The notes beneath the pieces were generated by a model, which was given only the letters and a program-made list of their open reading frames with translations, searched no databases and was not told where the DNA came from. Shown piece by piece: positions 1 to 9,399 of a stretch of 50,280 bases of DNA. The position numbers and the translations under genes are program-made. The DNA comes from Nemertoderma westbladi. Lineage: Eukaryota; Animalia; Xenacoelomorpha. The number at the start of each line of letters is the position of its first letter. Position 1 is the first letter of the stretch. The DNA is taken from contig JAUCBJ010005588.1 in assembly GCA_032718475.1 (NCBI GenBank), forward strand, positions 1 through 50,280, in the 5' to 3' direction.

Positions 1-60
1 CAATAAAGACATATAAATTTCGGCAGGTTAAACTGCTGAAGGTCTATAAAAGCGCGTACA
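1..60 (+). mobile_element. 3' end of a family LTR nested inside the 5' LTR of element A
   Basis: Matches the LTR terminus seen at 50080-50138 (aaagacatataaatt..ggcaggttaaactgct..aaggtct..aaaagcgcgtaca). It is followed directly by LTR-internal sequence (atactct...) that in intact LTRs lies about 50-70 nt from the 5' end. Confidence 0.85.
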
Positions 61-1108
61 ATACTCTTGAAAACAGTGTCGCTACCATGACGACGGCTAA
101 CGGCTGATATTGCCACGTTGCAGCTTTCTGTATCTGCCAATAGAATTTGAGTTAGCTTTGATTTTGACCTATCACAGAGCTACTGAACTGAATTTTCCTA
201 TCTCACTGCTCTTTCTCTGTGTTGAACGGGAGCTTCGTGGAATAAGGGTAGCTGGTATTCTTATAGTTATTCTTATCAGTGTTGTTAGTGATTCTAAGCC
301 AGGAAGAACGGCTTTAGAGTATTTTGTGCTTTTCTGCTTTAGCCTTACACTAGTAGGCTTAATTATAAGGACATATATCCTTTATCGACCTGCATAACAT
401 CCATAAATGCGGCATACCATACCAAATCATTTATACCTTAACTTTACTGATTTTGCTGTCGGTTATTCATTATATTTGTTGATGAATTATTATATTGGAA
501 TAACGAGAAATAACCCCGAAAACCCAATATTCTTGATATACCGAAGGTAAGAGAGAAGGGTTACATATAACGATTGTGACTTATGTTAAAGTGGTTTGAA
601 GTGAATCTAATGTTATTTGATAGACCCTACATGAGCCAGTCTGTGTTCCTTTTATATGTGACTAAAATCAGTGAAGATCGGCAGATTAGTGTGCAGTATT
701 GTGCAGCATTGTGTATGAGTGAAACTGATAAAGAAGCATTTCCTAAAGAATGCGACATATATGTGAATTATAACTAAGCCATATCGTTGTGAGTAGTTTA
801 AGTCATAACTCTGTTTATATAGATAGAGCGCCACGTCCTAAAGGAACTGTTAATATTCCCCGAAGGTGAATAATATTGTCAGAGATTATATAATACTGTC
901 AGTCGAATAATACATTAGGCTTACATAGCAATAAGATTAAGCTGTCGAAATCAATCTCCCGGGTATATCCAACGGGTGAATGATCGCGCACAGATTGGTT
1001 TCAACTAGTGTAGTGAATCAAATACTTGTTAGAGGCTAAAGCGATTTATTATCTAGAAGACATCCTAATTTGGCGGGTTAAACTGCCAAAGGTCTGAAAG
1101 CGCGAACA
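61..1108 (+). repeat. 5' LTR of element A (5' end interrupted by the nested LTR)
   Basis: Near-identical to the 3' LTR over ~127-260 and ~455-1108; ends in CA at 1108. Confidence 0.9.
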
Positions 1109-1120
1109 ATAAAGGATATA
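1109..1120 (+). promoter_or_regulatory. Non-tRNA primer-binding site candidate ATAAAGGATATA
   Basis: Immediately follows the LTR end, has no TGG, and is the exact reverse complement of TATATCCTTTAT at 374-385 in the same LTR. Confidence 0.6.
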
Positions 1121-1175
1121 GCTTCTTTATTGCAGTAAGCAATAAAGTTGAAAGTACCGGTCAACCGGTAAACCT

Positions 1176-1305
1176 GAACCGGTACATCTGTAGGTCAGTA
1201 GGCCCAACTGCCAGAACCGGTACTGCCGTAGGTCCGTAGGTCCAACTGCCAGAACCGGTACTTCTGTAGGTCCGTAGGCCTAGCTGTCCTAACCGGTACT
1301 TCCGT
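1176..1305 (+). repeat. 38-bp tandem repeat (~3.4 copies) in the leader of element A
   Basis: (g)aaccggtac..gtaggtccgtaggcccaactgcca units start at about 1176, 1214, 1252 and 1290. Confidence 0.85.
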
Positions 1306-1479
1306 ATAAGTACACTAGTATTATTCGATTTGATTGTTGTATACCGGTAGGCTGTTTAAGGGATTAGGGATTGATCACCCCTTATTCCTTTATATGGTTT
1401 ACTTATTTCTGTCAAGTTTTATTTGTTTGTAGGCCAGTATTGAACAGAAGGCGTGTAAACCTGATCAGATTGTACAGAC

Positions 1480-2030
1480 AATTTGTAGGCTGAGCTGTTG
1501 TCTGATTGCTGTTAAGTCTGAACGGATTGCAGTGTGTGTAGATCACCTGTCCGATTAAGTACGGTTAGGAAGTAGGGGCAGCGAATGCTGTAAGGTAAAC
1601 CCCCAATTAAAGAATAAGTCGTACTACTGGGTTAGAACGCATACTCCCTAATCATTTCGGAGTCTGCATGTCCTGTAGTTTATTTAGGCTAGAGAGTAGT
1701 CTGCCATCGTTTAGTCTGTACTTTGTTTGTGTAAGTCTGTACGGGTAGCGTATAATTTTATTTAGATAATTTGTAGGCTGGATAGTTGTCTGGTTGTTAT
1801 TAGGTCTGAACGGATTGCAGTGTGTGTAGAGCCTCTGTCCGATAAAGAACGGTTAGGAAGTAGGGGCAGCCAATGCTGTAAGGTAAACCCCCAACTAAAG
1901 AATAAGTCGTACTACTGGGTTAGAACGCATACTACCTAATCATTTCGGAGTCTGCATGTCCTGTAGTTTATTTAGGCTTGATAGTAGTCTGTCAGTGTTT
2001 GGTCTGCATTTTGTTTGAGTGGTTTGTACG
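1480..2030 (+). repeat. 288-bp tandem duplication in the leader of element A
   Basis: ggttaggaagtaggggcagc occurs at 1563 and 1851. The same 288-bp period is present in copy B. Confidence 0.9.
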
Positions 2031-3363
2031 CGTAGTGTAATATTTACTATTCAGAGTTTATGCGATTATTCGCAACATTCATTCCCCAAGTTTGTTCCTA
2101 CAATAATTGTGTTTGTTATACATACCGCTATAGTTAAATTAACCCCGGTACTACACGGGCTGCTTGGCGTAGGTAAAGACTGGTGATTTTGTGCACCGGT
2201 CACTCCAGCAGATGCCGTGGTTCTTTTAGCTGTTCAAGTATATTTAACTACTGATTATATGTTGTACAAGTACTCGTACCTAATTTAGGGTTTAGTGTAC
2301 AGTGCTTTCCGAAAGTAATTAGTGTAGGCATTATATTTGTGTTGTAAAGTGGTTGATAGGCACGTTCGATTAGCTCTATTAACTTCTAGGTAGGAACACT
2401 CCGTGATACATAACGTAGTACCTATATCGATACGGCTATAGGTCGTCAGGCGGTGGTATTTTCCTATCTGGACAACGCAGTGTATTTTACTACTACTTAT
2501 TATTTTCAAATACCGTAGTACCCTGTCCGTTGTAATAACCAGATTTCTAACCCTTTGTTGGGCTGGTTTGTAGACTTCTTGTAAAATTACCCTGAAAATT
2601 CGTATTTTGTGTTTTTTGTAAATTTTTGTGTTTATTTAGAGATTGTAATCTCACCCGAATTGTACGTAATTTGTAGTATTAAGTAACTTAGGTAAATTAG
2701 CATTATTTGTTTTAGTGTCCTATAAGTAACACTTCACTGAAAGCGCACCGCTTTGTGTAGTGATTACTCCCCAGAAATAATAACATTTATTTCAAACATT
2801 GACAAAACCCATTAAAACGGGTATATATATATATTATAAATCAAATCTAGCGATTTATAAATAGTAGGCCTACCATATAACAATTAGGTCTCAATATCAG
2901 TGGACTACTGCTTAAATAACGGTAATAAAGTAAGTTAAAGTAACCAAGTAACCCTAAAGTTCAGAAATTCAATTATTCTAAAATAATTGATATACCGGTA
3001 TTTACGATAGGCCTATTATAATATTTATATTTGTGCTGAAAGCATACCGGTATTCTGAAATTAATTCAGTTAATAACTATACTTATATATATACTACAAA
3101 CTGTCAGCTGTACCGGTATTCCCGATAGGCCTATTATATATTTATATATATTTGTGCTAAAATTATACCGGTATTCGGTGATAAACCTAGTCTGTAATAA
3201 TAGTTATATATACTATAAGCATACCGGTATTCTAATATATTATATATCACGCTACACTGAGTAGCAGTACCGGTAATTAATTACTAGGCTAGCAGTTAAT
3301 ACTGAGTTACTAGACTTACTCAGACTGTAATACAGCAGTAGACATTCAACGGTATACATAGTC

Positions 3364-6300
3364 ATGTCTGATACTAAGCAGAACCTGTCAGACAGTTTAT
3401 TAGATGTAACTATCTGCGACTCAGATAGAGACGTACAACCGTCTGGTCGTAAGTTCAGTTCACCTCCCACTGTGAGGAAGGTCATCCCTCCAGTAGTAAT
3501 AACAGAACCTAGGCTGGTCCAACATCGTAGGTCTATCATAGGCACTCGAGCTCAGGTCAAGCGGGACCAAAAGGCAGCGGAACAGCAACAACCCGCTAGT
3601 CAAGAACTTATTCCTCAGCGGCCCAGCAGCTCCAGTAGTGAGGATACTGTAGAGCTGACACCCGAGCGCGGAGCAGAGATGACGGATGCGGTTTATACGG
3701 ATCCCCTTCTCATCCTTCCTGCAGCCGTGCTCGCTGGGTTATTGATCGCGGTGGAAGAACACCAGATCGATTGGGCGAGAAGTCAACGGTCAACTAGAGA
3801 TAGTTACGCGGGATACACGAGTGAAGAACTGAAGTCTATTGTCGAGTCGCAATGGAACTTCCCCGGACCCGGACTCCCGTTTGATTTATCAGAAGCTGCC
3901 TGGGAAGACATACACCGGATGGGAGTAGCCAAGGAAACCATCGATCCAGCTGTATGGAAGAGGTCCGCAGCCGGATACGCCCAGGGATTCTTCAGCTCTA
4001 TGGAGCGAGTAGAGAGACAACTGTTTCAACAACCTCAAGGACCTCAAGAGCAGGGATCGCTGCTTTATCAAGTTAGAGAAAGGGTTTTGCGGATTAGGCT
4101 AATCTTATCCGCCTTTGAGGAGGCTTCTAAAAGAAGACAAGACACGTCGTTGCAAGTCGCCGTAAAGACTTGGTTTCAAAGGGTGAATCTCCAGGTTCAA
4201 GGAACAGCTCAGTGGAAAGCTCAGCTGGAGGAGCGATCAACCCATGGAGAATCAACAGACGCCACTTTTTCCCAAGTGGAAAGTGAAGCGACGGCAGAGA
4301 AACCACATAAGAGAGATGCCATTGACATCTATCTGTCAGACTATCAGCGTTTTTTAGGTGATGACGAGTTGAGGAGAAGGTTAGATGGACTTAGCCCTAA
4401 TAGCGAAGGAACCAAGCTTGTGTTGGATGCCATCGATGTGGAAATGAGGGCTGCGAATCAGGCTAAATTTGATGAACAACTCCGCCTGACACGAGTCCAA
4501 GAAGAACAAGTAAAGAAAAAACGTATAGAAGACAGAAAGGCAGCGGCAGTAGCAGCAGCAGTGGCAGCTGCAGAAGCAGAAAGAAAAGCGGCAGCGGCAG
4601 AGGCAGCGGCAGAGGCAAAAGCGGCAGCGGCAGAGGCAGCGGCAGAGGCAAAGGCGGCGGAGGCAGTGGCAGAAGCAAAAGCGACAGTAGCAGCGGCAGT
4701 GGCAGCTGCAGAAGCAGAAAGAAAAGTGGCAGCAGCAGAGGCAGCGGCAGAGGCAAAAGCGGCGGAGGCAGTGGCAGAAGCCGAACGGAGAGCGACTGAA
4801 GAAACCACTCAATTAGAATTGGAAAACATTCAGGAGAATCAAGACTGCATAAATAAACAGTTAACAGCTAGTAATATGCAGATGATGAATCGATCTACTC
4901 CCAAACGACAGGGATATACATCATCTGAGGAAGGCGATACCACCGATACTGAAGGCAAAGGAAATAGATCTCGTCTAAGCAGACGTAAAAGAACATTCCA
5001 CTGTCAGAAATTGCCTGATTTGCCTCCAGCTGTTAGAAGGCAACTAAGTAACACCAACTTAGGTAGTACAGAGCCCACAGACCAAATAATTAAAATAGAA
5101 AGACTCCCTACTATAGTAGATGAGCCTGAAATAATTAGGCCTGTTCTTGAAATCACCCCTTCGGTGATAGACACACCTGTGCTCCCTGAAACTACCTCTA
5201 AATTCCCTCTGCATAGCACTAAGCTACCTGTGCCCCGCCGAACTGCCCAGGAGACAGTTCAGGTCCTGGACCCCGAGCGAAATATTCACAATTTGTCGCC
5301 CGTTGTCCCTCGTCCGCCCGCTACAACGTTGGCGACTCCCGCTTCGGCGGTCGAATGGGTGGACGAGAGACGGCGGGGGATGGATATCCTGCTCGGACAG
5401 ATGCAGGAGACTGTCCAGCAGTTCAAGGGCACAGTAAGGGAAAGTAGGCTAGAGTTGCAAGAAGTGCAGCAAAGTATCGCGCTAGAACGCGATAAATTAG
5501 TAAATACTCAAAAAGGTATACCACCACCCTCTGTAACAATGTGTCAACCTGTTAGGTCTGAAGTATCGCATGCGCAAGGTGTGGAGCCTACACGCATTTA
5601 TACTGCTAGCGAAGTAGAAACTCCTATAGTGAACCCTATTAAGGGTAATTATAGACCTGTTGATAATGATATTCCCTATAGAACTGATCATAATCCGAGA
5701 AATTTATATACCGATAACTCGATATTAAATAGCACGATGGCCCAAGAAAGTTTTACGCGTCAAATGGCTAGAACCGAAGCCCGGCAAGCGGTAAAGGTTG
5801 GAGAGATCGTCAAGTTCAATGGAGATGAGATGAAATGGTTACCTTTTAATGAATATTACAAAGATAACATACAGAACTCTGTACTATCTAATGGAGAAAA
5901 ACTTAGATACCTCATCGAGTGCTTGGAAGGATCTCCCAAGTTAATGGCGTTAAAGTTTATTGGACATCCAGATGGATTAAGACAAGTTTGGGATACACTA
6001 AACATCAGGTATGGTAATAGGAATAATATCGCTGGGTACTTGTATGCCAAGTTAGTAGCGCCCCGAAAGTTTATTAGTAGCGGAATTATCGAGTTTTCCG
6101 ATGAGATCCAGGAGATCTGCAGACAATTAGACTGGCTAGGTAAGTCTCATGAGTATCAGAACACTATGGTTATTAGAGCAGTGGCTTCTACTTTACCTAA
6201 AGGTGGAGTAGGTACACGCTGGGATAAGAAAGTGTTATATATGATGGAACAACAACGGCGAGACCCTACCATGGCTGATCTCATGTCATTCCTAGATGGA

Positions 6301-8385
6301 GAAGTGAAATTACAGCTCCTGAAACTGTCTAGGGAGAAAACAACGGAAAACAAGGTAAGTGAAAAACCCGTCTCTAGGAGAAAAATAACACCAGTATGTT
6401 ATACCGATGACGGCGAAAGCCAGACTTCTCAAGGAGAAGATAGCGGGAAGGACACGGATAGATCTTATTACGTGAATAAAATGCCTAAAGATCAGGTAAG
6501 TAAATTTAAGTCTCGAACAAATGACAGGAGGGAACAGGTAAGAAAAACTCCTCCCACGTCTCCCAAGAGAATTCAGGTGAGAAAACCCGAAGAAAGGGCA
6601 AGTGTACACAATGTGACTCAAAACAAGGTAAGTAACATCAAACCAAAATGTGCGCTGTGTGACGGGACCCACTATTTGAATAGGTGTGATGAATTTCTAA
6701 AGAAATCATTAACGGAGAGACGCGAAGTCATGTGGGATAAGCGGTTATGTTATAATTGCCTCAGACAAGGACACCAACGGCGAACCTGTTTCTCTGACAT
6801 AAGGTGTGCAAAGTGTGGTGCGAAACATCATATCTTGTTGCACGCTGAATTCGATCGAAATAGTCCGAATCAGGTAAGTGATTCCGAGCTACATGTCCAA
6901 TTCAGTGATGTGAACGACACTGATCAATCTGAGATGGAAGGATTCTATACAGACGAGTTCTCTGACGAAAACGAATCCTGTTACATGATAAATACCGCAG
7001 TGTATCGAGCACTTACATATGAAAAAGATACAGAGAACGACTTTACTCTAACTACTTCTGAACGACAACCAACTTGGAAAGAGACATCCTCCAATGTAGG
7101 GATCCGAGAGTTTCCTGTGGTACAGGTAAGGGTTCACGGACCTAAGAGGAGTTATGTAGTGAACGCCCTCCTGGACTCCGGCAGCACAGGAACATTTATC
7201 GATAAAGAGTTAGCCGAAGATATATTTGCTGGACAACCCAAGTTCCAAACTAAGCTCAACATGTCAGGCATTATGCAAGTTTGGAAATCTACAATAACAG
7301 CTGATTATTATGTAGGAGCATTGTCCACCCCCCAGGACGAACTAGGAGAAAACAGCATAAGGTCAGTGAAAATGGTGGCTATAAAGAACTTCGCTACTAC
7401 TCAAGCAGACCTTTATAATTGGGACGAGGATGAGAGCATCCAACATCTTAACATACCTCGATTCCAGACTGATTATCCTGGAGTGCAAATACTCATCGGC
7501 CAAAACGCGCATGATGCGCTGGAGACATTAGAGAAACGACCTGCTCAACCGCAGCCACTACAGACCTATGCGGTAAGAACTAGAGTAGGTTGGTACCTTA
7601 CTGGACCTTCCCGTAGAACGCTCAGGGAAAGACTGCTTCAAGATCGCGTCTGCCAGGTGAGTGAATGGGAAGATGATACTAGTGAGGGAGACGACCCAAC
7701 TGAGGGAACACCACACTCCTCAGATAATGACAATCTTAGCTCCAATGCAGATCAATGGAGATATTGCCCCAAGAAGTTTAATCCAACGGACATCGCTTCC
7801 AGAGGAGCAACTCCTCAAGAACTGACAGATACTATAGACCGGTTAGGTGAACCCGACTTCCTGAGTAAGGAGAATGAATGGCCTCCCCATCTTACTCCGA
7901 CTGAGATTAGACCAGCCAAGGGAGCGGAGAAAGTTAAACCTAAAACCCGGACGGGTGGATCGGAGTTATTTGAACCCGGGATAGATCTGTCGGTATTACA
8001 TATTGCCAGGGACGACGCCGTGGATCTGGACCTCCCCACCGCGAGTGGATCCTTCATGAAGATCAGAGAGAGCGATTGGAGCTCTGGAACATCAGACGTC
8101 TCGCAGGGACTCTCACCTCTCCTGCAGAGAGCGACGGACCACTATAGCTCCTGGAATCGGCTTTGTGACGCCGTCATATACTTTGAGCGATGTTTCTATC
8201 GTCACTATTCCAGGACGAAGAGGAAACCTGGAATTGTATTCAGGATGCAGCGACTCAATCACCCAGTCGGTCGTTTGTGTTTATCGGAAGGGAATGGAGG
8301 ACTCTCCGGAAACTGTGGAAGGCAAGATTCTCTTCCCACGACCACCTCCCTAATCCTTCAAACATCTAGGGACTCCATAACGTAA
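3364..8385 (+). CDS. gag: BEL/Pao Gag-protease polyprotein (1673 aa), with RT and IN missing and a short RNase H C-terminal remnant
   Basis: DUF1759-like capsid region (FNGDEMKWLPF..EKLRYL..L), BEL zinc-knuckle array CALCDGTH..C / CYNCLRQGH..C / CAKCGAKHHILLH, protease ALLDSGSTGTFI, then YAVRTRVGW joined via an acidic spacer to the Pao RNase H tail WRYCPKKFNPTDIASRG..EWP..YSSWNRL. No YxDD and no DDE domain. Confidence 0.9.
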   Translation: MSDTKQNLSDSLLDVTICDSDRDVQPSGRKFSSPPTVRKVIPPVVITEPRLVQHRRSIIGTRAQVKRDQKAAEQQQPASQELIPQRPSSSSSEDTVELTPERGAEMTDAVYTDPLLILPAAVLAGLLIAVEEHQIDWARSQRSTRDSYAGYTSEELKSIVESQWNFPGPGLPFDLSEAAWEDIHRMGVAKETIDPAVWKRSAAGYAQGFFSSMERVERQLFQQPQGPQEQGSLLYQVRERVLRIRLILSAFEEASKRRQDTSLQVAVKTWFQRVNLQVQGTAQWKAQLEERSTHGESTDATFSQVESEATAEKPHKRDAIDIYLSDYQRFLGDDELRRRLDGLSPNSEGTKLVLDAIDVEMRAANQAKFDEQLRLTRVQEEQVKKKRIEDRKAAAVAAAVAAAEAERKAAAAEAAAEAKAAAAEAAAEAKAAEAVAEAKATVAAAVAAAEAERKVAAAEAAAEAKAAEAVAEAERRATEETTQLELENIQENQDCINKQLTASNMQMMNRSTPKRQGYTSSEEGDTTDTEGKGNRSRLSRRKRTFHCQKLPDLPPAVRRQLSNTNLGSTEPTDQIIKIERLPTIVDEPEIIRPVLEITPSVIDTPVLPETTSKFPLHSTKLPVPRRTAQETVQVLDPERNIHNLSPVVPRPPATTLATPASAVEWVDERRRGMDILLGQMQETVQQFKGTVRESRLELQEVQQSIALERDKLVNTQKGIPPPSVTMCQPVRSEVSHAQGVEPTRIYTASEVETPIVNPIKGNYRPVDNDIPYRTDHNPRNLYTDNSILNSTMAQESFTRQMARTEARQAVKVGEIVKFNGDEMKWLPFNEYYKDNIQNSVLSNGEKLRYLIECLEGSPKLMALKFIGHPDGLRQVWDTLNIRYGNRNNIAGYLYAKLVAPRKFISSGIIEFSDEIQEICRQLDWLGKSHEYQNTMVIRAVASTLPKGGVGTRWDKKVLYMMEQQRRDPTMADLMSFLDGEVKLQLLKLSREKTTENKVSEKPVSRRKITPVCYTDDGESQTSQGEDSGKDTDRSYYVNKMPKDQVSKFKSRTNDRREQVRKTPPTSPKRIQVRKPEERASVHNVTQNKVSNIKPKCALCDGTHYLNRCDEFLKKSLTERREVMWDKRLCYNCLRQGHQRRTCFSDIRCAKCGAKHHILLHAEFDRNSPNQVSDSELHVQFSDVNDTDQSEMEGFYTDEFSDENESCYMINTAVYRALTYEKDTENDFTLTTSERQPTWKETSSNVGIREFPVVQVRVHGPKRSYVVNALLDSGSTGTFIDKELAEDIFAGQPKFQTKLNMSGIMQVWKSTITADYYVGALSTPQDELGENSIRSVKMVAIKNFATTQADLYNWDEDESIQHLNIPRFQTDYPGVQILIGQNAHDALETLEKRPAQPQPLQTYAVRTRVGWYLTGPSRRTLRERLLQDRVCQVSEWEDDTSEGDDPTEGTPHSSDNDNLSSNADQWRYCPKKFNPTDIASRGATPQELTDTIDRLGEPDFLSKENEWPPHLTPTEIRPAKGAEKVKPKTRTGGSELFEPGIDLSVLHIARDDAVDLDLPTASGSFMKIRESDWSSGTSDVSQGLSPLLQRATDHYSSWNRLCDAVIYFERCFYRHYSRTKRKPGIVFRMQRLNHPVGRLCLSEGNGGLSGNCGRQDSLPTTTSLILQTSRDSIT

Positions 8386-9399
8386 CAACATATGGAGTGG
8401 GTGTGTGACTCTATTATTTTATATTATTTTATTATTTTTATATTTATGTATGTATTACTATGTAATTCTATTATAATCGTTTTCTTTAATTTTATTCAGT
8501 AGAATGTTATTTTAGCGATTATTTAGTAGATTAGTGCAATATATATTCGCGTTTATTACTTAATTACGTATATATTATATTTAATGCGACGGCAAGAAAT
8601 AATTCTTTTCCTTCTTCCTTACTGTCTGTATTACATTACAAATACGTAACTACAGTAAGATGAAATGTCTGTACTTATTAAAGTACAATAAAGCCACTAC
8701 TATATTCAAGTATTATTGGTAGGCAGAGTATTAGGAATGCAAAGTTCAGATCCTCGTGTCTCGGCTAAACCAAGCTCTGGGTAGACCTTGGAAACGACTT
8801 GCCTCTTCACACTGACATTGCTTCGTGCGATATTGCTCTCATACCGTATATTAAATAATACATATAGTAGCGTGATGTCCCTTTAACAGTAGCGTATAAC
8901 GCAAAATAAATCTGTTAAACCCTTTGACCATCTGTCATTCTAGTCGATTAAGATATCGCGGCACCCACCGATATACTTGAAAGACAAATTCTAGAATCAG
9001 TGGTTAACGTCCCCAGACAAGTTCTGGAATAAATTGGTGCCCATCTCAAATATTAATTATTTAATATTTGCAAATCTAATAAATCAAAATCTGTAAAATT
9101 CAGATCCTTCAACAATTCTAGTCAATTAAGATATCGTAGCATTTACCGATATTCTTAAAAAGACAATTGTCATAGAATTAAGGATCTTGTGTCCCCAGAC
9201 ATGTTCTAGAATCAAAATATGTCAATTTAATTATCAAATAATAAAATTTCAGGGAATAAATTTAAATTCATGCCTTTTAATGAATTTAATAAATTGCCAT
9301 TTTTACGCAATTTATAACATTCCCAAAATTCCATTAATTAATAGATCAAGGGAGCGGAGATTTATCTTATTATGCATATGAGTGTGCGAAAGTCTCCCA

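Noticed and set aside
110-834. Short ORFs within LTRs (also 12117-12367, 48922-49601)
   Set aside because: Frames are not preserved among LTR variants; the conservation is better explained by RNA structure.
4381-4812. Cys-, Leu/Pro- and Ala-rich antisense ORFs (also 42188-42490)
   Set aside because: Shadow frames of the low-complexity Gag repeat.
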